NCBI GenBank assembly: GCA_032718475.1
Contig: JAUCBJ010005586.1
Location: 1-49,361, forward strand
DNA from: Nemertoderma westbladi
Taxonomy: Eukaryota; Animalia; Xenacoelomorpha
Length of the DNA stretch: 49,361 nt
Direction of reading: 5' to 3'
Below the pieces are notes generated by a model that was not told where the DNA came from, did not search any database, and saw only the letters and a program-made list of their open reading frames with translations. The number at the start of each line of letters is the position of its first letter. Position 1 is the first letter of the stretch. Of the stretch, positions 1 through 12,974 are shown one piece after another. The position numbers were made by a program, and so were the translations under genes.

Positions 1-1594
1 CTTCCTAACCGTACTTAATCGGACAAGTGCTCTACACACACTGCAATTCGTTCGGACTTAACAGCAATCAGACAACAGCTCAGCCTACAAATTGTCTGTA
101 CAATCTGATCAGGTTTACACGCCTTCTGTTCAATACTGGCCTACAAATAAATAAAACTGACAGAAATAGGCCTAAGTAAAATCCCAATAAAAACCAGGCG
201 TCCCCGATTAATTATTAAGACCTACCGGCATATATAATCAAATCGAATAATACTGCTGTACTTATACGAAAGTAGGTACCGGTCCGGATGATCAGGCAGT
301 CAGGCCTACTGGTTACCGGTCGACCGGTACTTTCGACTTTATTGCTTACTGCAACAAAGAAGCTATATCCTTTAATGTTCCCGCTTTCAGACCTTTGGCA
401 GTTTAACCCACCAAATTAAGATGTCTTCTAGATATTAAATCTGCTTTTAGTCTATGACAAGTATTTGATTCACTACACTAGTCGAAACCAATCCGTGCGC
501 GACCATTCACCCGTTGGATATTCCCGGGAGATTGGGTTCGACGGTTTAATTTTTATTGCTATGTAAGCCTAATGTATTATTCGACTGACAGTATTATATA
601 ATCTCTGACAATATTATTCACCTTCGGTAATATTAACAGTTCCTTTAGGACGTGGCGCTTTATCTATATAAACAGAGTTATGACTTAAACTACTCACAAC
701 GATATGGCTTAATTATAATTCACATATATGGCGCATTCTTTAGGAATTGCTTCTTTAACAGACTCACTCATACACTATGCTGCACAATACTGCACACTAA
801 TCTGCCAATCTTCACTGATTTTAGTCACATATAAAAGGAACACAGGCTGACTCATGTAGGGTCTATCAAATAACATTAGATTCACTTCAAACCACTTTAA
901 CATAAGTCACAATCGTTATTGGTAACCTTTCTCTCTTACCTTCGGTATATCAAGAATATTGGGTTGCGGGGTTATTTATCGTTATTCCAAATATAATAAT
1001 TCATCAACCATATTATGAAGAACTGACAGTAAATAGCAGTATAAAACAACAACTGAACACTGATTGTTACGAGTTTGCAATGTTTCAGCAGTCAGGATGT
1101 ATGATCAGTTAGCAGTCCGCAGTTAAAGGATATATGCCCTTTATAATTAAACCTACTAGTGTAAGACTAAAAAACAGTAAAGCACAAAATACTTCCAAGC
1201 CGTTCTTTCTTTGGCTCAAGACTGAATGTAAACACTGCACATAGGCATTGCGTCATTTCTCGGAAATTTTCTGTACAAGGAGCCACAAAAACGCTCTCAT
1301 TGGCTGACTGAACTGAGAGACGCCGTAGAACAAAGGAAATCAACACGTATGAATGTCAGCTGTTAACCGTAGTCATAGTAACTACTGTTCAAGAGTAGCT
1401 ATCACCCTTTTGCGTCACGAATTGCCATAGAATCATAAAATATGCCTTTCACAGTACACATACGGAGGAAATAGGTCTTAGATCCTCTAAAAACACCGAT
1501 ACAGCAATAATACGGTCTCTTACACTTATTAAATCAACTACAGAGTATTTTAATGTAAAAGATAATAAAAATAACGGGGCAATTCAGCAAAGGC

Positions 1595-3016
1595 TTTTAC
1601 ACTTGGTATCTTCCCTGACAAATGGAAATTAGCGAGAGTGGTCCCAATTTTTAAGGCTATCGAACCTTTTAAATTTTCAAACTACCGCCCTGTAAGTATT
1701 TTGCCCTTTCTATCCAAAATTCTAGAAAAGGCAGTGTTTCTGCAGGTTCTTGATTTTTTAAATGAAACAGATGGAATTCATGAAAATCAATTTGGTTTTC
1801 AAAAGAAAATATCAACTACAACAGCCTTAAATCTCTTACATAGCAATTTAACAGAAGCATTTGATAATGGAGATACAACTATAGGAGTATTTCTCGACCT
1901 CGCAAAAGCCTTCGATACGGTCGACCACGATATACTGATTACTAAACTTGAGCACTTTGGAGTTCGTGGAATCCCACTTACATGGTTCAAAAGTTACTTA
2001 TCTTGTCGACAATAATACGTAGACTTCCATGGTACATTATCGGAAGTATCTTTAATGTTATTGGGGGTGCCTCAAGGATCTATCCTTGGGCCCCTTTTAT
2101 TTATCATCTACATCAATGATATCATGTATGTATCCAATTAAATTAAATTACTACTTTTTGCGGATGATACAAATATTTTTATCTCTGGGAAAAATATTAA
2201 TAACATGTTCGACATTCTTAACCATGAATTATCTAAAGTATCTGATTGGCTCGCATTGAATAAATTATCAATCAATATCTCAAAAACAAAATTTGTTATT
2301 TTTACTTCACAGCCAAATAAATTGCGCCATGCTGATCTAGTACTAAACATTGGAGTGTCTGCAATAAAAGAAGTTGATAATATAAAATTCTTAGGCCTAA
2401 TTATTTCCAACTCACTCTCTTGGGAACCTCATATTGACTACGTAAGACTATAAAGGTTCCAAAAAAGTTGCAATAATTAACAAAATCAAACATTTCGTCC
2501 CTGAACCGGTCCGAATTACTCTGTACCACACATTAATATCTTCTTATCTTTCTTACGGCCTTGAATTGTGGGGAAACTGTAGTGATGTATATTATGACAG
2601 TATTCTGAATACACTGATAAAACTGCAGGAAAAAATTGTACGTATTTATACTTTTAAAACCATACAAATATCATACTGCCGATCTATTTTTCAAGCTGAA
2701 CATTTTAAAATTAAAATTCCTACTCCATTTTAAATGCATTCAATTTTTATATAGAATGGGTTATTCTCGCTTACCGACCACGCTTACTTGTAAACTAATT
2801 TTGAACAAAAAAATTCACAGTCGAAGCACTAGATCAAAAAATGATTATCATTTGCCATTATATAGAACTAACATTGCAAAATCATGTTCTCTTTATCAGT
2901 GCATGTCCCTCTGGAATGAACTATCTGACAATGTCAAACATTTTCATGGTTCTAAACATTTGTACAATAGGAATCTAAAGAAACATATAATTTCACTCCA
3001 ATCTGCTAGTTGCTAA
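1595..3016 (+). mobile_element. 5'-truncated, decayed CR1/L2-group non-LTR retrotransposon (RT and C-terminal region)
   Basis: RT motifs in order: GIFPDKWKLARVVPIFK, NYRPVSILP, NQFGFQ, FLDLAKAFDTVDH, GVPQGSILGPLLFIIYINDI, LFADDT, KFLGL, then C-terminal HSRSTRSKNDYHL..LWNEL. Broken by stops (2013, 2138, 2451) and frameshifts. Confidence 0.9.
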
Positions 3017-3396
3017 ATAAATTACTTTATAATTAATTAATTAATTAATAAGTTACTATCTAATTATAGGGAGCAGTTGGGTCCATTAATTGAATTTATA
3101 ATGCATTTATTTTTATTTTTATTTTAATATAATATTTTATTATTATGTGTATGTGTGGGGGGGGGGGGGGTGTTGGTGCATGTGTGTACGCGTGCCGATT
3201 GGGGGGTGGGGATTCCTGTGTGAAACTGTACTGTTGTGGGGCGTAGCGTTTTTCTCGCGTGCTGAGTATTTCACAGTCCAATTTTTCAGGCTTTATATCA
3301 GAATGGGTCTTGATGTGTTTTTTCCACAACCATCTCCAATTTGTACTATAAGTTCACTTGTCTGTCTCAATAGTACACCATCCAAAAACAAGAGAC

Positions 3397-3490
3397 TTTA
3401 GTTTAGTTTACTTTACTTTACTTAGTTTACTTTACTTTACTTAGTTTACTTTACTTTACTTAGTTTACTTTACTTTACTTAGTTTACTTT
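3397..3490. repeat. 19-bp minisatellite (TTAGTTTACTTTACTTTAC)n, about 5 copies; probably a LINE 3' tail
   Basis: Directly visible tandem repeat. On the minus strand it reads as (GTAAA/CTAA)n, which resembles CR1-type tails. Which element it belongs to is not resolved. Confidence 0.8.
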
Positions 3491-4724
3491 ATATGTATCC
3501 TATTTTTGTGTTATATACCAGTATTGTATTAGGTTGTCTATTATATAAATATGATATAACATAATAATTATAGGCTGGATGGGCCACACAACCGTTCCGA
3601 AATAATAAATAATAATAATAATAAATAAAAGCATGCCAATGAAGGAGAGAGCTATAGCTGGAGACGGGGCATTTTATTAAGTTAATTACGTTTAGATCAA
3701 TTAAAAACACATTTCTTAAAGCAAATCTCTTGAACTAATTAAAAACTGTAATGGAATTGGGTATGGGGAATACAGTTGTATAATTTTTATGTATAATTAT
3801 TTAAATCTTATAGTAGAAAATAATTAATATCCTTTAAGAGGCAGCTTGAAAATGCTGTTTTTACCCTAATCAACTTAATTAACTAATTAACTGCTATTAT
3901 CTTAGCATCTCGAAGGCCACATGGAAATTAAACTTGTAAAAATTCTTAACTTTTGCAAGACTACATGTGTACCAAGTTTAGATAGATTTCATTAACATGA
4001 ACATTGAACACGACAGAACAACAGACACACCGATTGAGTAAGTGGTACTCGTATGCAAAGCTCACTTACTTCCGTGGCTCGCCTCACAAGCATGTTACCA
4101 GGTTACGGCTATCTTCGCATTGGCAACGTTAGGAGACATGGAGGTGGTCCCGTACCCCTAGGGAATAGCGTAATTACAGTTGGTGGGTTGCAGGATGAGG
4201 CACATGCACTCTTTCTGTGCGATTTCACGCGCACGGCTCGGCTGCGCTACAACAACCAATTCCACTCCTTATCAGATATGTTTGCATGTATCCCATTCTT
4301 GAATCTCGCGAGACTTCGGAAAAGTTACAGCTCTAGAGTTTGGATTTACAGTAGAGCTGTAATAGTGCTGCTTTCATTGAAAAATCTAAGTTCTCCTTCC
4401 ACTCATCTCAGTGACAATGAGTAATGCGACAGTAATTAAATAGTAATTAAATGGTAATTAAATAATTAAATGGTAACAATAGCATATAAGAATCTTAGTT
4501 TTCGTTTTTATTATTATTATTATTTTATTATTTCAAAGTGTTGACACGGAATCATCATGAAGCTTTCAATTTTATACCCATAAAATGTCTCATCAGTTTC
4601 ATTACCACAATACCATACTAATCGATATTAGGGAGGGTGTCACTCTATAAGCTTTGAGCAATTTTAATAAAACGTGTTTCCTTGTCAACAGCGACTGAGT
4701 CCCTAGCAACCGTTATTATAAAGA

Positions 4725-5992
4725 CGCAATATCTAGAGCATTTATACCAAATTTGTCTCTCACGATGATTGCCAATCCAATGAAACCAGTCCCGAAGCAC
4801 TGCTGCCATGGCAACTTGTTGTTAATCTTCGGGCAACGCCATAACTAACACCACTTTATGCATTATAAAAAACTACAGTGATTCTACCCCCAGTATTACA
4901 AGGTTATATAAATATATATATTACACTGTGCCGTCCGTCACTGATCTTTTTGAGTGATTATTGCCTCCACCAGTAATTAAAAGATATAGATTTCGCACCC
5001 TAGTACATGGTAGGCCTAATATTATTTTATAATACTATAAAATAATATTATAAATATTAATTAAAAATATTATATTCATATAATAATATGGTGGTATTGT
5101 ATGCATAATGTTTTAGTGTAATCAAATTTTGAAATTCTAATATTAAAATCACATATTATTGTACTTAATAAAAGCAAACACAATTAGACACAAAATAATA
5201 ATATATTAAAATGCCGCAAACTATTATAAGATAACTTACCTGCAGCAGCCAACTGAGCTAAACGCTATAGGCCCAACTACCACCATAATAATAACGGAAT
5301 TTATTGATTGAGTGAATTCTATCTATTATATATAATATCTACTCAAATACCATAAAACAGAAAATATAATGAAATCAACTGCCACTAAAGCATACCACTC
5401 TAATTCAAATTAAATTCAACCACTCTATAATACTATTCCTAATTATGTGCATTATAATTAATTAAATTAATTGAGATAATCACTTTAGGATCTAAACTAA
5501 TTATAACAACTCTAAACATGCCTAATCCATTTCCTGCTCATTACCATCCATCAGTGGATCATAGCTAGTAGATGAGATGGAGCTGGTTCTACATTAGCAG
5601 GCAGTAAGTCGGGAAATAATGCCTTTAAAGCTGTACACAATTCTCCCAACCATGTAATGGGTCGAATATTGGAGGATCACGTTTATGCGCTGACATCCAT
5701 ACTGCAGCTTGGTAATGTGCCCTATGTACGTGTAACTCAAAAGCTTCCTTAGTGGGTGGCAGTGTCTTTAAAACAGACGCTGTCGTTGCCATAAATTTAA
5801 CCGCCTTATGGAGCCTCACGTTAATTCTTACATCTGTGATGGTCTTAAATTCTGATTTCCCCCTTACCATAGCATGTAGCCATATATTATTCACTAGCTT
5901 CTTCCAAGATATTCTCAAAACTGCAATCGAATTCTCAAATGTACTGTGTAAGGGATTTTCAAGCTATTATATATACTATGCTATGTATATTA
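4725..5992. repeat. Interspersed repeat, copy 1 left part (interrupted by the BEL element; resumes at ~19989-20315)
   Basis: Highly similar to ~31040-32360, and 20155-20315 matches ~32375-32524. Contains a minus-strand relic LPPTKEAFELHVHRAHYQAAVW..DPLHGW. Confidence 0.85.
5625..5918 (-). pseudogene. Fragment of a transposon-associated protein with an LPPT-x4-H-x2-RA-x-YQ-x3-W...P..GW motif
   Basis: Motif recalled from repetitive invertebrate hypothetical proteins. A second copy lies at 32093-32296. Family not firmly assigned. Confidence 0.45.
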
Positions 5993-6538
5993 TGTTAGCT
6001 TATCCAATTCCGCTAGCACAAGCCCATAAAGTCAACCGTTAAGCAATATTGGGGGCCACGAGATTGGGTAACCGACAACTCGTGTCACCCCAACAAAGTG
6101 GGAAGGAGAAACACACAATGAGGATCAGGGGCCAAACCCCTAAAGGGGGATAATAGGTGGAGTGAACGGAAACACTCCAAGGGGCGCCAATAGGGACATT
6201 AGCCAATCAGAGGGGGGAAAGGCATCGGTTAGGTACAGTAGCAAGGCCAACCCGTGCAATATAACCAGTTGGCAGTAATCATCTCATTCAGTTATCTCAG
6301 TGTTATTGGTGTTACAGTAGCAATAGTTTAGCTAGGGAAGTACCGGGATTTCAATTACCATTTCCCGCCTTCCGTGTACACCAACGTATTATCAGTTATC
6401 TCATTACCAGTTATCTATATCTATATACCCGAATATTATACGCGACGAATAACGCAAACTCTTTCACCTTTCACACACGGCGGGGACGCGTGAATTGACA
6501 AACCGGATAAACTGGGATCCTTCTTGGATCCCGTCACA
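5993..6538 (+). repeat. 5' LTR (546 bp)
   Basis: TGTTAGCTT...CCGTCACA. Differs from the 3' LTR by about 7 substitutions and 1 indel (counted by eye). Candidate TATAA (~6260) and TCAGTT initiator (~6288). Confidence 0.96.
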
Positions 6539-6606
6539 GTAATTGAATCAGAGCTGCCGCCCTAGTTGAACTCAGTGACTACCAGCCACCAATCTATAGA
6601 CGAGAG

Positions 6607-9600
6607 ATGAGTCAGTCAGGAGAGACGACACCGATGCGGACCCCGGACGAAGAACTAATGATCCATGAGGCCACGACCAGACGGTATAGGCCCACGTCGC
6701 TGGACCCATCGGTAACGGGTGATCCGGCAGTTCAGGACGAGGGGGGCCGTCTGGAGCCAGAGGTCGAGTCGAGGGGAGGGGGAGTCGAGTTGAGAGACCG
6801 AGAGGGTGAGTTGGAAGGAGAAGGAGACGAGTCGACACGGAACGAGGGTCGACGTGCCGACGTCGCCGGCCAGCCACAGGCCGAGGGCGACGAACGGCCC
6901 ACCGTAATGGCGACGGTGGGACCGACGGTACAACGCCGGACCCGGAGAGACGAGGGAGATGTCGGTACCGATGTCGCCGGCCAGCCACAGGCCGAGGGCG
7001 GCGGACGGCCCACCGGAACGGCGACGGTGGGGCCGCCGGTACGACGTCGGACCCGGAGAGACGGAGGAGAGGTCAGCAACGAGGACGTCGGGGTTTCTGA
7101 TCGACTTCGACGGGCCTACAACGCGACCCGGAAGCTACTAAAGGAGGCCAAGAAGGGGGCGGAGATAGATGAGGTGAAGTTAACGAGAAGACTAGGTGAG
7201 TCGAATAGACATTTTAGCTATCTAATGCGTTTCAGGCAGAGAGAACTGGCCAAGGAGAGAGCGAGAGGGGTTGCAGAGGAACTGTGTGATTTACGGCGGT
7301 GTAGGGGTATGCAACCTAGTGCAGTGTACGTAGGGCCATACTTAGTCGATGCCCAGGGTGTAAAATTTGTGGGTTGGAGGAGACCTGAGGAGGGCGAATC
7401 CGAGGTTAAGGCCGAGGATTCGATCTCGTCGGTCGGGGGAAGTTCTGGGAAGGGGGGGAGAGTTAGTAGGTCGGGAAGGCGGAGGGAATCCGTCGTAACC
7501 GATAAGTCTGCTACATCCTCCGTGAAAGAAAGACGGGTGAGAGAGATAAATGCCACGTACCATCTCGACCTGATAGAACAAGGTCAGAGAGAGTTAAATA
7601 GATGGTTAGAGGAGGGGAGAATACAACTAGAGAGGGAAGCGGTACTGATTAGAGAAACCAGGGAGAGGGCCGAGAAGGCCGTGGAAAGCCTTAAAGAGTG
7701 TAAGGAAATAGAAAGGAGGGAACAAGAGGAGCGTGTGGCGAGAGAGAAAAGTGAACGCAAAGAGCGTGAGGCAGAACGCAAGGAACGTGAGGCGAGAGGG
7801 GAAAAGGAGCGCAAGGAACGTGAGGCGAGAGAGGAAAAGGAACGCAAGGAACGTGAGGCGAGAGAAGAAAAGGAACGCAAGGAACGTGAGGCGAGAGAGG
7901 AAGAAGAACGCAAGGAACGTGAGGCGAGAGATCAAAGTGTGCGTAGAGAGCGTGAGGCGAGACGAAGGGAGCGAGCTAAGAGAGAGGCGGAATTGGCCGA
8001 CCAGAACGCACGGGACGATCGGGAGAGAGTGGCAAGAGAGAAGCGTGAGCGAGAGAAATTGGAAAGAGAGCAAAAGGAGCTTATAGATTACAAAGCTAGA
8101 CGCACGCGCGAACTAGAACTGGCGCGGATAGGGGCGTCTGAGAGCGGGGCTGGCTCGAATATTCTCGAGGAGCCAGGGGCCGTGGATACATTTATTAATA
8201 CCCCACTTACAGGGACCGCACGACAGACACGAAACTGGTGTGACTGTACGGGCGGGGGGGGGGGGGGGGGTAATAATAATGCTACCGTAGACGACATTAA
8301 TATTAATGGTACCGTATCGGATAATCCTAACCAAACTTATATTGCAGGAAATACTTTGCCTGGTAGTAGTAATTTGAATTTAAATACAGATAGCCTAAAT
8401 AATAATTTTGATTTAAACATGCAAAATAATCCGAATGATAATTTAAATTTAGAAAATAATAATAACTCAAATAATTTAAATAATAATCCAAGCCCGAATT
8501 TACAAAATAATTCAAATAACGTAGTCGCGCAAAATAATCCAAATGATTCTATTTCGAACGAACATAATAATTCCGTTTCTAATATAGGTGCTATTAACGC
8601 GAACGCGTCGGACGTGCATGAGCCGACAGACGGTGGCCTGGTAGGCCACGTAGTTAGTAGGCAGGAGGTGGCGGGGTTGAGTCGACCCGATGGTGGCCTG
8701 GTAGGCCACATAGTTAGTAGGCAGGAGGTGGCGGGGTTGAGCCAACCCGGAGTAGGCCCGATAGGCCAAGTAGCAGTGGAGAGAGAGGCAGGGGTAAGCG
8801 AACCCAGCCGCAGTAGAAATATTGTGTCGACTGGAGAGGGGTGTAGAAGAGAAGTTAGAGGTAGCGGTGTGATATGTGGCGAGTGGGGGGGGGGGCTACA
8901 GGAGCCCCACAACGAGGAGTTAGTGGCGAGAGGGGGGGGGGGGGGGCAGAGAGTGTCCCACAGCTGTCAGTGGATAATGCGCGGGCCGAATCAGGTAAAC
9001 CGCAACACCCGGCGACGGAGAGTAATAGGGGGATTGTGAGTATCCCCAGCGGCGTGCGATCGAGCAGAGAGAAGCAGGTCGACGTCGCGAGAGGGCGGAC
9101 GAAGCGTCGAGCCCGATCAGAAGAGGGAAGAAGAACAGTGGAGTTTAACCGGGAGGTCGACGAGAGATCTCACGAGCGGGAATACTGCACTGAGAGGAGA
9201 AGAAGAGAAGACAGCAGAAGAAGTATCGCCGCGAACGACAGGAGAGCGAGGACGGATAGCGAGCCGTCGGTAGTCGAGATGAAAAGAGAGAGTCGGTGGG
9301 GTCGAACTTCGGGAGATTGCCGTCGTCCCGGAGAGACGCGACCTAACGAGACGCGTTACGCGTCGAGAGAGGGGTACGCGATGTACCGGCACGTAGACGA
9401 GAGTGGTGGAGAGGGTCGAAGAGAAACTTTCCGACGGGATATACCTACGGATCGAGAGTACGGTAACCGCAGGGAGGATTATTCGAGAAGAATAAACTTC
9501 AATCCTGAGCAATACATACAGACTGTAGGACATACTGTAGGCCTTACTGCACATACCATAGGCCATGCTGACAGGAATAATGTAGGCGAGAGGATAGCGC

Positions 9601-11126
9601 GGACAAAGGAATTAAACCCGGAAGTCGCGGAGTATATACCGGCAGGTAGGCCAGAAGCTGATAGGCCTATACCGGTACCAGTGCAGCAGTATGACTACAG
9701 CATGAAAGGATATAACATATACCCAGGGGAGGGGGGAATTATTGCGGATAGGTGCATGGGCCCCAATATATTGACATCAACCCCAATACCAAACATACCG
9801 GTGGGGGGGGGGGGGGGACAGGGTGACATTCCCCCATCGCAATATCAACAATATACCCCGATAGGAGCAAGGACAACGAGACCATTGGATGAAAATAGGT
9901 CGTGTGACACAGAAATATGGAGGGGGCCGCTACCCCCAATGATATACCCAAGCCATAGAAAGGCAGAAAATAGAACGAGCGGACCGCACCCAACAGGAGG
10001 AACTATACAACATCCATCGAATCCATTGGAAGCGCAGGCGATGGGGATGGCCACATTGATCGATGCATTAAAAACAAGGATCGAATTACCACCCGTGGAA
10101 CCATTCAAATTCGATGGGAGTAGGCCGGAAGAATATCTCCAGTTTCGGCGTATGTATAGCAATGAAATACTAACAAAGAACTTAACGCAGGCGGAGTGCC
10201 TAAAGTATTTGCAAGTATACACAGGAGGCCCAGCATACGACATCGTGAGGCAATATCAGGGCATAGAGGGCGGCTTCACGACAGCATGGCGGGCACTGGA
10301 CAGGGAATACGGACACCCGGCCAAGATCATCAGGCAGACCCTGAGAGGCATAACATCGGGTGGCCTACAGGATAATCCCGTTAGCATTAAGACATTTGCC
10401 AACAAGGTCAAGAAGGCGCTGATCGTGTTAAAGACGCTAGACGCGCCATACGAACTCAACGCGTCCAACAACATCACCACGATAGCGCAGGCACTACCGA
10501 TGTGGTTGCGCAACAAGTGGAGGAAAATCGCTTTCTCCACTCGAGATAGGAAGGGTGCGGAACCGGGTTTAGAAGAAATGTCGAGCTTCTTAAACTACGA
10601 AGCTGAACTAATAACCGACCCAGTCTATAGCGAAGATAGCCTGGGGAAGGGACCGAAGACGGATTACCATAGACCGAAACCAGAGCACAATACATCAAAC
10701 GCATTACCGAGGCTCAGGCAATCACTGCCATATGCAGCGACGCAGGGGACTGCAAGTCCACAGGTAGCCGAAAGTAAGACCACACCATGGAACGGACAGG
10801 GGAACAATAACAACACGAATAAATATAACCCCAGTACGTCCAGTAGGCCGAATCCAAACAATAAGAATAGTAGGGACTTTGGCACAAACGCAGCTGCGAT
10901 ACGCGATGCACTGTATAAGGAGGGCTACGACCCAAAGAGCAAATGCCAGCTACATACAAATGCGCTTCATCAAACCATGAACTGCAGGTACTGGCAAGCG
11001 CTATCTAGGCAAGATCAGATAGATTATGCGGTGAGCAACAAGATCTGCTCGCGATGTGTGATGAGTGGACATAGAGCTAGGGAATGCAAGGAGAAGCCGG
11101 TCAAGTTCGGTCAACGAGCACAGTAG
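6607..11126 (+). CDS. gag: BEL/Pao Gag, split across two frames (6607-9039 and 8874-11126) near poly-G runs
   Basis: Coiled-coil (EEKERKEREAR)n repeat and an Asn-rich segment. DUF1759-like PFKFDGSRPEEYLQF..KYLQVYTGGPAYDIV..AWRALDREYG. Zn knuckles CQLH..H..C and CSRCVMSGHRAREC. Confidence 0.85.
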
Positions 11127-11632
11127 GGGCGAAGAAGAGAGGAACGGTGTTACTTGGGGTAGTACCCGTACGAGTGATTGGAGAAGGCAATCGATCAGTA
11201 ACAACACTAATGCTGGTTGATAGTGGAGCTGCCTTCACATTAGTCGAGGATTGGGTGGCCGAAGAAATAGGATTGAGAACGAGGCCAAGCAGAATGGCGG
11301 TAACAACCATCTCCAGCAAAGATGAGGTCCTGGAGATGAGAACCGGACGGTGCACCATCGCAGCAATAGCACCAGGATGCGACTATGGGGCTAGCATCGA
11401 CCCCATCCAAGTGATAGAGTCAATAAACATCAATGCCAGACGGCCAACCAACATCGAGATCGAACAATATAAATTTCTGGACGATATTGACTTCTCAATC
11501 CCAGATGTGGACGTTAGGAAGGTATCCATCATAGTAGGAATGGACTGCCCAACGGCCCACGAAAGAATGCAAACGGTCTTCGGCGAAGACAAGCAGTCTG
11601 ACCCGGTGGCAATACTGACACCATTCGGGTAG
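11084..11632 (+). CDS. pol: BEL/Pao aspartic protease domain (ends at an in-frame TAG, likely from TGG in TPFGW)
   Basis: VLLGVVPVRV, LVDSGAAFTLV (DSG active site), IIVGMD, PVAILTPFG*. Confidence 0.88.
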   Translation: MQGEAGQVRSTSTVGAKKRGTVLLGVVPVRVIGEGNRSVTTLMLVDSGAAFTLVEDWVAEEIGLRTRPSRMAVTTISSKDEVLEMRTGRCTIAAIAPGCDYGASIDPIQVIESININARRPTNIEIEQYKFLDDIDFSIPDVDVRKVSIIVGMDCPTAHERMQTVFGEDKQSDPVAILTPFG

Positions 11633-12961
11633 ATGCTAAGTGGCCCAATCAAGAGCAAGATACCATTTAGGATGTCGGAGACATCAGGATGCATGTTCGC
11701 GGGAACTATGCAGGAAATGAGTGATGAGAGAGCAGAGGAGCAACTTAAAAGACTGCTCAGACAGGATTTTGAAGGATTAAAGGAGACCGGGGTCGGGACC
11801 TCGGTGGAAGACAAACAGGCTCAGCAGAGCGTAGAGGAGTCTATGAAGTGCGACGAGGGGCGGTACACCGTAGGAATGGTATGGAAACTACCGAAGTTAC
11901 CACTGCCCGATAATAGAGGGATGGTACTCACGAGACTCTGCAAGCTGAAACAAACACTAAAACGGAGCCCCGAGAAGAATGAGTACATCCACAGAACGAT
12001 TAAGAAATACGTCGAGAAAGGATGGGCCATGGAGTTACCGGTCGACGAACCAAACACGGACAGGACATATTACCTGCCACTCCACGTGGCTTTAGACCCA
12101 AAGAAAGGTAAACTGCGGATGGTAGTTGACGCATCGGCAAAGACCAACGGAAAATGCTTAAACGACTACCTGCTAGAAGGTCCAAACATATACAACTCGG
12201 GGATAGAGGTCCTACTTAGATTTAGAAATGGGAAACACGCCTTCACGTGTGACATAGAAGGCATGTTCAACCAAGTCCGTGTAACGGAGGAAGATAGCGA
12301 CAGTCAACGCTTCTTATGGTATAACGGCGAGGAAGAACCGTCGATAATACCGGCATATAAGATGGTAGTACAAAATATGGGAGCCAAGTCGTCTTCATTT
12401 ACGACGACTATGTTAGTGAGAGATACGGTGAAGGGGAAGGAAGATAGATACAGCACTAGGGCCGTCGATATGATTCGACGCGGCTTCTACGTAGACGACG
12501 GAATGGAGTCTGGAAATACGGTTAAGGAGATACTGGACACAGGGCGTGAGGTTCGCGACATCCTAAAAGGATCCGGCTTTAACCTGACCAAATTCCAATC
12601 CAGTTCGGAAGAATTTATCAAGGCGATAGAGGACAAGAGACCAGAATCGACTATGGATAATCCCACAACAGCCAAAGGGCAGGACATGGCGAACAAGAGA
12701 ACAGAATCTCAACAGAAGGCATTGGGAATCGTGTGGAACAGAGAGACAGACGAACTGAAGTATCAGCTGAGCCAGGAGGGCGCAGACATCCACACGAAGA
12801 GGGGCTATGTGTCGTATATAGCAAGGATATACGATCCCCTAGGTCTAGCATCCCCATTATTAGTCACGGGGAAACAGATACTCAAGAGAGTATACAAATT
12901 GAAGGATGAGTGGGATGTAGACTGTAGAGGTACCAGAGGAAATCAAGAAACAGTGGAGTAA
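11633..12961 (+). CDS. pol: BEL/Pao reverse transcriptase domain
   Basis: YYLPLH, KLRMVVDASAK, CLNDYLLEGP, DIEGMFNQV, FYVDDG, FNLTKFQSS, KALGIVWN, IYDPLGLASP. A frameshift follows near 12920-12960. Confidence 0.95.
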   Translation: MLSGPIKSKIPFRMSETSGCMFAGTMQEMSDERAEEQLKRLLRQDFEGLKETGVGTSVEDKQAQQSVEESMKCDEGRYTVGMVWKLPKLPLPDNRGMVLTRLCKLKQTLKRSPEKNEYIHRTIKKYVEKGWAMELPVDEPNTDRTYYLPLHVALDPKKGKLRMVVDASAKTNGKCLNDYLLEGPNIYNSGIEVLLRFRNGKHAFTCDIEGMFNQVRVTEEDSDSQRFLWYNGEEEPSIIPAYKMVVQNMGAKSSSFTTTMLVRDTVKGKEDRYSTRAVDMIRRGFYVDDGMESGNTVKEILDTGREVRDILKGSGFNLTKFQSSSEEFIKAIEDKRPESTMDNPTTAKGQDMANKRTESQQKALGIVWNRETDELKYQLSQEGADIHTKRGYVSYIARIYDPLGLASPLLVTGKQILKRVYKLKDEWDVDCRGTRGNQETVE

Positions 12962-12974
12962 GTGGACAGGAGAC

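Noticed and set aside
314-542. 16-bp palindrome TACCGGTCGACCGGTA (314-329) and imperfect inverted repeat 481-493/530-542
   Set aside because: ACCGGT/AGGCCT-type palindromes are common throughout this sequence, and there is no supporting element structure in the window.
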